64,000 nucleotides of DNA from the NCBI RefSeq assembly GCF_003704095.1, contig NW_020846063.1:930001-994000 (forward strand), written 5' to 3'. Position 1 is the first letter of the stretch. Each line of letters opens with the position of its first letter. The notes under the pieces were generated by a model. The model was not told the origin of the DNA and made no database searches. It saw only the letters and a list, made by a program, of their open reading frames with translations. This stretch comes from Pocillopora damicornis. Taxonomy: Eukaryota. Shown here piece after piece: positions 53,792 to 64,000 of the stretch. A program made the position numbers and the translations under genes.

Positions 53792-56568
53792 TTCTTACGG
53801 TGGTTTCTTGGACTTTTTTCTCATGTCAAAATCACATTCCTTTTTTCCGAATAAAAAGCAATGACCGAAAGTAATGGCAACGAATTTTGATTACGAAAAA
53901 TGGTCCATTGCATCAACTATTTATAACACTGAATTTAACAATTAACTCTGAGCATGTCAAATTGTGCAAATACCTATGAATAATAAATAACAACACAAAA
54001 TAACCAAAACAAAATTATTGTATTGTGCTGAAGTAGGACCTTCAGGATAAGGATCAGTCTCCTTTTGAAAAGGGAAAGGCTCCCGTTCAAATAATTTTCG
54101 AGAAAATTTACAAGCCAGTCATCATTCAGGTGTAATCATGGGCGTCAAGTGCAGTGAAAGATGTACATTTGCTAAGACACTAGTAATGACGATGATCGTC
54201 AAAACATCGTTTTTTTCATAATACTTTGAAATATTCGTTGTAGTCAGCGGTCTTAGTCGATCGATATGACCCAGCCCCTCCAACATGTCAGTGACCTGGT
54301 GTATCAGGGGGTGAATTACCCCTTTTCGGCCATTTTCCGCTTTTATGCACTCAATTCACTTTGAAAAAAAATTTTTTTCCTTATTAGTTTAGTTTTAGCG
54401 GAGAGATATTCTTTAGCGTCTCTCACAGTTTATCCGGCCTTCAGTTGACGTTGTTTACCTTCTAGGCGAATACGACAGGTGTGAGGAGGATCAGCTTTGA
54501 CCAATGAAACTTCTTAACTCGATCATTAATAGGGTATTTAATGAATAGTTTGAGTCAATGTCTATTCCCAGCAGGCAATAAAAATTGTTCCAGAAGAGTG
54601 TTATCCTATCCAAAGACTTCACTCAACGAAAGCCCCAGTGACGCACATAAAGATTCTGTCGACCTCGACCCGCTGAAGAAAACAAAAGTAAGTTGTCTTG
54701 GATTTGCAACAATTCTCACTCTCAACAGGGCTTATGTGCCTTCTCACCTTAGCACGGAACACGCATAATTCTCAAGGCTAATGTCGTGTTTTTAAGATGC
54801 AAAACAGGAAGCAAAATATTTTCGCTTCTATTTATCTAACACGAAATTTCCATGAAAGCTATTTAGAGCAGCTAACAGAGCTTTTCATTCTAGAAAAGAT
54901 ACTCGTATGTTCTTTGTTCTCTATAAATGTTTTTTAATCTCATGGTCGAAACACAAATCCATTTTACAATATTTATTGACGAAAAGCGACTTAAAAATGA
55001 TCGATTGAGCGATGAATTTCTAATTCAGCGGGATGGAAAAATCCTCAGCGAATTGTTCGATGAATCTATATAACAAAATCTGTCGGCGAGGATGCCTAAT
55101 TATCAGCTCTATCCTTAATTTGAGTCGAAGAAGCTTAAGATAAAAATGTTGTGAGTACTACAGATTGTCGCTAAGTAAATATTCTGAGTTATTGAGGGTA
55201 AAAGCTAACGAATCAAAGGTGATAACATTCTAAAACGAAGGAGAGCTTTCATTGAAAGACAGTTACTTAGTAAAGAAGATACTTACGAGACAATTAAAAC
55301 GCCACATAAACTTTGAAATTGAAAGTGATATTCAAAGAAAAGAGGAAAAACCGAGCGACAATTCCGCATGAAAAACTTCACCTGTTGGTGTCAAGCGCCC
55401 GTTTACCAAAAAGTCGCCACTGAAATATTAAGAGCTGCTGCAATTTGTCTTCTCAGTATTTTTTCGTTTGTGAGTGTGAATGATGCAAGAAAAAAAATGG
55501 ACAGGTAAACAAAAACATTGCATAGGTCCATATGGACATCTCTAATGAAAGAGCCGCGAGAAAGAAATTTGAAATTCAAATCTATTAAATAATAAATAGT
55601 TCTTCACCTCGTTAGTTCCTTTGATAACATCCTTTACTTCACATATCTCGAATGACGCTTTACGGAAGAAGCAGATCCTTAAGGTTGGTAACAATTTCAT
55701 TTCGCTAAAGTAAAAACTTCACAGCACGAAACATCAGGGGAAATGGAGAAGACTAATGGTATCGCGCTTTCACAACCGATGATCAAAATAATTATGTTTG
55801 TCCCGGAAAAATAGTATGAGAAATTAGCCCTGCAGTCGAATGAAATAAATGTAATTCAGCTGGAGATAACAAAATATTTTTGCAATTAAAAAGATATGGG
55901 CAGCGTACGCGTTTAATTCCAGCCGGTCAATTTCGGTTTACCTAACATTTCCATTTCTTCATTATACTCGCTGCTTTTCTCCGGAATCACAAAAAGGTTT
56001 AAAAGTTTCCCTGGTTCACCCAAGGAAAACATGTGTTGTCACCAAAACAGGGAAAGATTTTATGACAACCTCCCAGAAAGCGCGCTGTTTTTTGAAACTC
56101 TCTTCCGAAAGTGGTGCTATAACCACAGCAATTTGGTATGGCTCTCGATTAACGAGCAAACTTAAATTCACCTAAAATTCTGAATCCTTATATCGGATTT
56201 AATTGATAGCTTGTCAATTTTGAGAAATAAGTCGATGTTTAAACTTGTTAGGAAGTATACAGATGAGTTCCCTACAGCTCAGCAAATATTTCATAGATAA
56301 AGGGCGCAGCCGATTTACGATACAGGAAGGAAATATTAAAACTGAATTTGATGCAAAAAAAAATTAGCGGCGCGACGAAATATTATTAAAATTCACAGCT
56401 GGTTCCGAATAAAATTCAACTTCCTGTCTCGTATCCTGCTGTTGGCACTCATTTTTAGTTGTGTTTGCCATTTCGATCACTTGAGAATAAGACAGATGAG
56501 AGAAATTTTAAGTCTGAAAATTTCATTTCTGCTTTGCTTATATTTACAGTACAGATCCTTCTGAAGAA

Positions 56569-57060
56569 ATGACGTTCGTCTACACTGTATTTTTTATTGA
56601 ATGGGAAACATGTAAAGATTTCTTACGAGACATACGATTCCCTACGCGAAGTCAAATTGAGGTTCATGTGTTTCACCGTAAAGATACCGACCAAAATCAG
56701 CTTCGCAGCATGATTCCCGACAAAAGGCACCACGACGGCCGTCCAATCATCATGAAGCACTCTTCACTGACATCATTTCCGAATGCTGTCGAAGATTTGC
56801 TCGTCTACTACGCGAGTTCGTTCGATTTTTCAAGGCATAAGAAACCCGATGTTTACTTGGTCTCGGGCCAGGGTCGGCGCTACGAAGAGTTAGCGAAGAT
56901 CTTACGAAAAGACAAAAGGGTGTCGGCATGGGTTATCGACGGGAGAAGGACAACGCTTCTTGACTGGCTCGATGCCAACTGTGTTTGCAAAATGTGCAAG
57001 TTTATATTCGAATCTGCACATGAAGGAGTTCAGCATTACGATGAGTTTCATATGAAGTAA
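56569..57060 (+). CDS. 163-aa protein: degenerate PIN/NYN-like domain followed by a C2H2 zinc finger
   Basis: Alternating beta/alpha pattern VFFIEWET / VHVF / NAVEDLL / VYLVSGQ..YEEL..L resembles PIN/NYN motifs (DxxN, AD, SGD). C-terminal CKMCKFIFESAHEGVQHYDEFH fits C-x2-C-x3-F-x8-H-x4-H. A splice acceptor at ~56549 precedes the ATG. Confidence 0.6.
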   Translation: MTFVYTVFFIEWETCKDFLRDIRFPTRSQIEVHVFHRKDTDQNQLRSMIPDKRHHDGRPIIMKHSSLTSFPNAVEDLLVYYASSFDFSRHKKPDVYLVSGQGRRYEELAKILRKDKRVSAWVIDGRRTTLLDWLDANCVCKMCKFIFESAHEGVQHYDEFHMK

Positions 57061-58391
57061 ACGGACACGTGGAAAGGATTAAACCAGAAAACAAGAAAAA
57101 AAAAAACTCTCCGCTGACGATTTTCCCGTTGTGCGGGCTAAGATGAAAACGATTCAAACATGAGAATCATAGATACTCGCATAAACAAAATTGAAAGCTT
57201 GGTAAAGATGACTTCATAAACATGCCTGGCGTTTGTTATTAGACAGTCCGTCACCGTTTTTCTTTTACTTTACGGTAAGGTACCTCGATGAGAAAAACCT
57301 GTTTTTCTGTTGTTGTTGTTGTTGTTTTTTTTAAATCAACCATCAAATATATAGCGCGGTGATAGGTGCGTCGCATTTTGACAGATAAGTGTTAAGATTT
57401 GTCAGGCAATCCATATAGACCCAACAATTCATATGAGAAGGTAGACAGCATAATTTTGTCAATAGCGCGTGTCAAGGATATGTTTGGACGTGGGCCAGGA
57501 ATTCCATCTGTGGGATGACACACTTGCTGTGGAACTAACAGAACTAATCTCGCCCTCTAGACGTTATTAAGTAATTCTAAAATTCCCTAAAGCAGCTCGT
57601 GTCTGTCTTTCCAATAAAATTTTATAAAGTTTATATATGCTAAATATTTTAATAACTTAGGTAACAACTACCTCAGCTGTATGAAACATATCAACAAGCA
57701 TGGCTTTTTGATCAGTTCAATAAATGAATGAAATGAAACTGCAGAGAGGGTGTTTTGCATGAAATAATTTTAAATGAGTTTCATTCTTAACACTCCAAGG
57801 ATCAAAGTCGTTGAACTGGAGGCAATCACCCACAATTTTTTTTTCTTCCTAGTCCTCCCCCATCTCTTGGTGCTATGCACCGTTCTTCAGTGGCCTTTAT
57901 CCATGTGGTAAATCACTATTTTTTTTTCATATTTTTCCCATTTTTCAGGTTGTCTTACACTCATTTTCCTTCTTCATTAGAAAACGGCTAAAATGTTTTT
58001 CATCCACACTGTAGCTGATGAATCTTAAAATGCAGCAACACCTTTAGCTAAAACAGCATGCACACAATGTGGTTTTTAATCATCAAATGAAGACAATTGA
58101 AGGGCCGTTACCATAAAGATCATGAAAAGCTTTTCTTTTGGTCTGGATTTGTGTAGATGAGAGACCTAATTAAAGCTCCATTTAAAAAACAAATGGTTTT
58201 CATCTACACTGTGAAGGAAAGACATCATTTTCAAATTTTCAAATATCTTGTTTGACGAACATTTTAGAAAAACTCTGAATACTTTATTTGCCTCATTAAT
58301 TGATAAATTCACAGCATCAATGCATGTTCAACCTCTTGAAATGTGTACAAAATTCAGATATATATTAGATCTCAGATAAATATAATTTTCA

Positions 58392-60425
58392 TTACCTCTG
58401 TAATTGTTTACCCCTGAAGAAATTCAGATATGATTCTTCATCTTTTATCAGATCTTCACAAAGCTCTTGGTTTCTTTTGCCAATGTTTGGATTTAGCACT
58501 AATTTTGAAACTGTTTGTGACTTTTTATCTCTGTGCTCCCCAGGGACAAGGCATTCTTCTTTCATCTCCAAAGACCTCTTTCTCAAGAGGTGTACTTCAT
58601 GCCAGAAGTTTTCACCTTGAGAGTCAACTTTTTTCCAAAATGTTCTATTAAAGTGTTGGTAAAGAAAGACATCAGCTTTGTTCCATTGCAAAAATCTATC
58701 TCTAAACTGCTTGGGTATGTGGTGTTTCTTGAAGGAACGTACCCTTGCATTGTGTCTCAGATATAACACATCCTCTAAACTCCAACAAAAGTGGTGCTTC
58801 AGTAATACCAAAGACTCATCAAAATATTCTAGAAGTAACACCAGATCAAAATCTCTCTCAACTGAGGAGATGAAGTTTCTAATAACTTGAGTGTTTTCAA
58901 AGTCCTCAGGTTCAAGTCCAAGATCAAAACTCATGCCATTTCTTAGGGTGTACATAGTGTTTACATTGGACTTGTATCTATCAAGTCTGTGTAAAATTTG
59001 ATAGAAAGGATTTGAAGAGCTAGAGATACCAAGCAAGGCTGGGATATCTTCAAAAAGAAATGCTGATTCAAATCTTGAAATGGGATGTCGGAGGATAGTA
59101 AAGAACTTTGTGTCAGGGGGCATCAATAGCCTCATGGAGGTTTGGTTGTATCTGAAAAGAAAATAGTAGAAAAAAATGCAATTTCCATTTGTAGGAACTG
59201 GGTGGTAAATCAAAACTAGAAATGGTCCCAACCTAGAAGGATGACTATTAACCCTTAACCCCCTGAGAGTGACCAGCAGCTGATTTCTCCTTACAATATC
59301 ACCACTGAATCAAACATTGAGGTCACAAGAATAAAGGAAATGATCACCAGCTAAAGAACCTCTTGATTTTTCAACATTCTTCCTGTCAATACCTCAGGAA
59401 TGTGTACAGAAAAGTGTGGAGAATATGCATACTGATGTCAAGATGTAAATGGTTAAAACAGTAGTAAAACAAGAAACAGAGTATGGTAGAACTCCTCAAG
59501 ATCTTGGCTATGCCAAGCAATTTTTTAGATTTCTGCACCTACGCAATATGACTTGAGAAATGGAAATGGGCAAAGTTGCAGCACCCTTACTTAATTTTAT
59601 AGCTTCTGCGCTAAGGGCTACTTTTCTGGATTGTGAAGAGAGTGCTCAGGAAAAAATCACACATGATCTTAACATACCCTGCAAACTGGCCCTCTATAAG
59701 ATAGAAATTATTTCACTTGCCTTGCATGACTACACAAGATATCTGGCTTCTCACTTGGTAAATTGTCAACAAAATTCACTTGAAAACTCCAGGGCCAATA
59801 AAAAGAGAAAATTTGACTCCTTGGTAAGGCCACTCTTAAATCCTTTCCTCTAGCAAATCTGAATAAAATGTTTGCTACGGAGCTTCCTCCTGTCTTGTGT
59901 GTTTTCAAAAACAAAATGCTTTTGACAGAATGGCACTTATTGCTAGAAAAAATAAAATCAGGTATTGTTAGTAAGAGAAGCCACCCATATAAGGAGGACA
60001 AAGAAACCAGTCTATCCGAATCTTCAAGTTTTACCGATCCCTATTTCGAAAAATAAGCCAAATGATTGCAAAAAAATAAGGGAAGTGGGAAAAAAACTGG
60101 ACAACAAAAAAGACAAAGCCATAGTTTCAACGGCAATCTGTTGTTTTACCATTTTTTTTAAGTCAAGAACTGCGTGCAAAATGAAGTATATAGGGAAATC
60201 TAGTAAAAAAAAGTTTGTACCCTACAAAACCTAATCAAAAGATTAGAGAAACAGATCCAATCGAAAAACATTCCGTTACTAGGATATCAAAAACAGTTAT
60301 AATCATTACATAACATACCTCCTGAGAGCTCTAAATATCGGTAAGGCAGCATATTTAGTGATCAAAATGATGACGAACAAAAGAAATGCTAATTTTCTTA
60401 AGCGAGACAGATCGAAAAGCCTCAT
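58392..60425 (-). CDS. Galactose-3-O-sulfotransferase (GAL3ST family), copy B
   Basis: Exons 60319-60425 (TM), 59721-59942 (FLKTHKTGGSS), 58392-59151 (TILRHP..RFESAF, LLEYFDESLVLL, WNKADVFLY..FNRTFW). The second intron is GC-AG. Confidence 0.92.
59248..59456. mobile_element. TTAA-type MITE inside the GC-AG intron
   Basis: TTAACCCTTAACCCC..GAGTGACCAGCAGCTGATTTCTCCTTACAATATCACC...GTAAATGGTTAA. Confidence 0.75.
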
Positions 60426-60822
60426 TTCCTGTCGTCCGCTTTACAGATTCCTCAGCATCCAATCGTGTCCGTTTCGTCCGCCATGTTTAATTCAATAAAA
60501 AAGCGGAGGACTGGGTCGAGTCACTAACGTTTTATAATTCGACTCCAGTTTGCCTCGGTGGTCTCCAACAGGCATCACCGCCGTAACCACCGAAAAAGGG
60601 AACAGAAACTTCACCAACACCCTTCTCTCATTTCCTCCAGAGCTGACGAGATGGGAGGGCTTCGATATTTTTTATTTGTGGGACAGTTTCATTGAAATAA
60701 CTGGTGTCATAACAGTTCCAACCATCTCAAGTACCACTTATAGTTAACCCACTTGTTAAAATTCTTTACTATGTAAATAATTAGCTCTAAAAAGCAGGAA
60801 GACATTTAAAGACTCATGTAGG

Positions 60823-60844
60823 NNNNNNNNNNNNNNNNNNNNNN
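60823..60844. other. Assembly gap
   Basis: Run of N next to a poly-A tract. Confidence 1.
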
Positions 60845-61405
60845 AAAAAAAAAAAAAAAAAGCCAAGATACAGATTTTAAACGCTACTTGAGTTTTATTC
60901 TGTGTTCTCAATGCCTTTCTGTTTACAATAAACTGATAAAACCATTACAACATTATTCATACTAAAATGTTTGCTTTCAAAGCTGGTAACTAGGCTAAGG
61001 ACATTTACAGAAAGAAAAATTTCAAATAAAATAAAATGAACAAAAATAATTAAGTAATATCCGTTTGTTTCCTGATGTGGTCACTTCTGATGTACTGATT
61101 CACATCACACTACGTTATGAGCTAAACAATAAATACTTTATAATTATTGTTATTTGCTGAGGTAGATGAATGATCATAATTTTTTTATACAGTATAGTAC
61201 CTGACTTTTTCCCAAGTGGAGAAATACTTTAAGTTAGCTATTTGCCGAACTCCAATTAAATATCTCGTTTTCCTTGGTTGCTTTGTTTGTTTGTTTGTTT
61301 TTTGTTTTAAGTTTCTATTTTTCACGTATCTAGTCAGCTTTCTTTTTTTTTTCCACTCCAAGAAAAGAGAGCTTCATCTTGTCAATAACGTTTGTGACTC
61401 AAGTA

Positions 61406-63955
61406 TCATTCTGCTGTAAGTTGATTCTCTCCATAATAATCCATCCATTGTTGTAGTTTGTAAATTTGTCCCTCAACAGAGCTCTTAGCAGTTCCTCCCT
61501 CAGCTGAATATTGTTCCACACTGTGTTCATAGTCCCACACTTCATTAACATCTTCCTCAAACAGTGGGCTGGAAAGAGCACACAAGAAAAAAAAAACCTA
61601 AAAAACTTTGAATTATGGACTTTTTATTTCACCAAACTCTTTCTAAACCAGTAAATGCATATCTTGCAGCCTAAACTTTTTCCCAGGCCCTTTCTTCTCT
61701 CTCAATTCAGGTTTTTTTTTTTAAGGAGGGGGCGAAGGAGGGGGTGAGGGAGGGGGAGAAAGAGGGAAAAGGGGAAAGGGTGAAGGGGGAAAAGGGGGCA
61801 AGGGGGGAAAAGAACAGAGATCTTGGATCAGAGTTGGATTTCATTAAGTAGAATATTAAGTATGCTTATAATTAGTGAGATAACGACAGTAAGCCCACGT
61901 GCCCTTGTACGAGAATCTGTCGAGAGTAGAGAGAACATGCAGCAGTATTGCTGCAGATCTTTTAATTTTGAGTGAAAACAACATTGACTCCATTGAGATA
62001 GTAGCACTAAATGGAATTTATGATTTTGAGAAAAAACCTCTTGATTAACAAACAGCAATAAGGGTTTTCAAACCAGCAGCAGTCTTTGACTTTGGCTCAC
62101 CTGATTTGCTTCAAGTCATTCAAAGTGAGTTGATTCAGAAGACAGCCTTTGGTTTCCGCAGCCTGAACTGCCTCACCGGACAAACTGTGAGCCTCACGGA
62201 AGGGAACCTGAAAGCACACATACAATATATAACTGATGGTTGAATTGTGTTGGACTCTTGCAAGTCCATTCATTATATAAACTAATCCACTTGGGTAAAA
62301 GTTGAGAGTTCATTTCCTTGCCCATTTTATAGACTTCTTTTCTTTCTGTTGTCTTTAGACCTACCCCTTTCCGCACAAGGTAATAAGCCAGGTCCGTGGC
62401 CAGCATATCTGGACTCAGTGCAGCCAACATCTTGTCTTTGTGTATCTGATGATAACAAATAAGAATGAACAACAAGTTCATAAAAAAGTAGGAACTTTTA
62501 TAGAGTCCAAAGCTCTATTATCTTGTTAGATTCATCCCTCACCTTGAGTGTGAGTAAGGTTCCAGTAGCTACTTGAAGTAAACCACGTAATGTGTCACAC
62601 ACATCAAACAATGGTTCCTTGTCTTCCTAGGAAGGAACAGGAAGAACTAATGTCAATTTGGGAGCAATGGAATTCTTTTAAAGTAGCTCACGACCTAATT
62701 TCTAATCTTCCTCAATCTTCCTCAATTGCCAGATGACCTGAGATCACAGGTTTTTATGGAAAAAAGGGTTGTAAAGGGATTACAAATCTTTCTGCATTTC
62801 TCAGCCNNNNNNNNNNNNNNNNNNNNNNNNNNNNNNNNNNNNNNNNNNNNNNNNNNNNNNNNNNNNNNNNNNNNNNNNNNNNNNNNNNNNNNNNNNNNNN
62901 NNNNNNATAAAACACACCAATACAACCAATAAGAACTTACAATAAAACACACCAATACAGCTATTAAGAACTTACAATAAAACACTCCAATACTCTCTGA
63001 AGGACAGAAAAATGCAAGTGTAAAATTGTAAATATTCATCTTATTGGTGGAGAGGGTGTCACAGGGGAGTTTTTCAGACCAATCACAAAGCGAGGAAGAG
63101 AAAAACCAAAAAATTGCCCTATCCCCTTTGAATATGCATTCCCACAATCCCTGTTTCCTGAGCAGGAAAAGTTCTAGAAATGCGATTACAAAGGTATCAT
63201 GGATCCCATCAGAGGAATAGATAAATAAAAAATAAACAGAACTTGAAAAGAAAACCAGCCTGTAAGCATCAGATAATGACATAAACCCAAACTCTTTGGT
63301 TGAGTATAGAATCATGTCCTCTGCCCAGCGACTGTGAAAGAAGATGAACAACAAGTATGATTTGAGGAGAAATATTTCACTTACTTAAGAGGAAGAAGAT
63401 GTGAGTTTTAAAAACAAAAAATAAGAACTGCTATAACATCTTAAAGATACTCATCACCTTGCCTCAGGATCAAGTTTTTATGGGGTGGGGAGGGGTAGGG
63501 GTGCTTGGTTTGAAATCATTTCAGAAGTTTGAGATAAAAATTTCATTCATTCCTACATGTAATTTGATGCCATGATCTGATTCCCCAAAGAATGTCATTC
63601 TAAATTTCTAGACAGGACATGATCTGCTACACCTGTGAAAATACTTAACTGTAGGTAACTGTAACCATAAAGTTGAAAGAGGTACAAATTATAAAAACAA
63701 AGAAATTTAAAAGGACTAAAAATTTGATATACAGCCAGAGAGAAACTGCCAAGCTGACAAGTGACCTAGTGGGTCTTCTCTTCTTTAAGTTAAAAATTTT
63801 TATATAACACTTTTCCTTGATTCTGTTATATTCATTGTCAATTAAACCTGAGATGTGTTGACAAGAGCGAAGCCCAGAAGAGAAATTCTACAATATAGTC
63901 TCTGTCCCCTACTGCATCCATACTGTTCCCTGTCACGGCGGAGAAATTTAACTCT
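61406..63955 (-). CDS. ASL: Argininosuccinate lyase, 5'-partial (continues beyond the window)
   Basis: Exons ~63848-63955 ([21 protein letters not shown]), 63260-63331 ([21 protein letters not shown]), ~62543-62626 (EDKEPLFD), ~62365-62445 ([14 protein letters not shown]), ~62101-62207 (VPFREAH), 61406-61569 ([10 protein letters not shown]...GGTA). The exon(s) encoding SSLMPQKKNP are not visible and are presumably in the gap. Confidence 0.93.
62807..62906. other. Assembly gap (100 N) flanked by a ~35-bp tandem repeat (62907-62995)
   Basis: ATAAAACACACCAATACAACCAATAAGAACTTACA-like unit, about 2.5 copies, directly after the Ns. Confidence 0.95.
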
Positions 63956-64000
63956 AAAAACAATTCAAAGAATAAAGTTTGATGGAAGAAGATTCATCAA

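Noticed and set aside
54570-54690. Upstream coding exon for the PIN-ZnF gene
   Set aside because: It has exon-like borders, but in the open frame its phase-0 end does not match the phase-1/2 acceptors at 56549/56554. It may be UTR.
61730-61815. G-quadruplex-forming purine tract (also the C-rich tract at ~4140-4170)
   Set aside because: Ordinary low-complexity tracts with no evidence of function.
62722-63354. 210-aa ORF in the track
   Set aside because: It is an artefact of reading through Ns. Only the first ~24 codons after the acceptor are an ASL exon.

Overview
This is gene-dense, AT-rich, intron-rich animal genomic DNA. It is most likely a cnidarian (stony coral), which I infer from the gene content and repeat types. 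I reconstructed 13 protein-coding genes by hand from GT-AG signals and reading frame. In order: (1) the 3' part of an FN3 + 3x Frizzled-CRD + SUEL-like secreted protein (+); (2) an intronless class A GPCR (-); (3) an ADAMTS-like gene whose zinc motif reads HGIGH instead of HExxH (-); (4) CAB39/MO25 (-); (5) EBP-like (+); (6) C5orf34-like (-); (7) RAB6 (+); (8) a GAL3ST sulfotransferase (+); (9) phospholipid scramblase (+); (10) an IFI44-like GTPase (+); (11) a small degenerate PIN/NYN-like + C2H2 protein (+); (12) a second GAL3ST (-); (13) the 3' part of argininosuccinate lyase (-). Non-coding DNA carries about 12 copies of a ~210-bp TTAA-flanked piggyBac-type MITE. It also carries a palindromic repeat family with minimal hammerhead-ribozyme cores (one near-canonical copy on the sense strand of an ADAMTS intron), SINE fragments, minisatellites, a U12-type splice donor and a GC-AG intron. 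The best leads are the probable pseudo-protease ADAMTS, the triple-CRD protein, the scramblase/IFI44-like/PIN-ZnF block (possible innate-immune cluster), the hammerhead repeats and the U12/U2 nested splicing in C5orf34. No database searches were run; family calls come from motif recognition.
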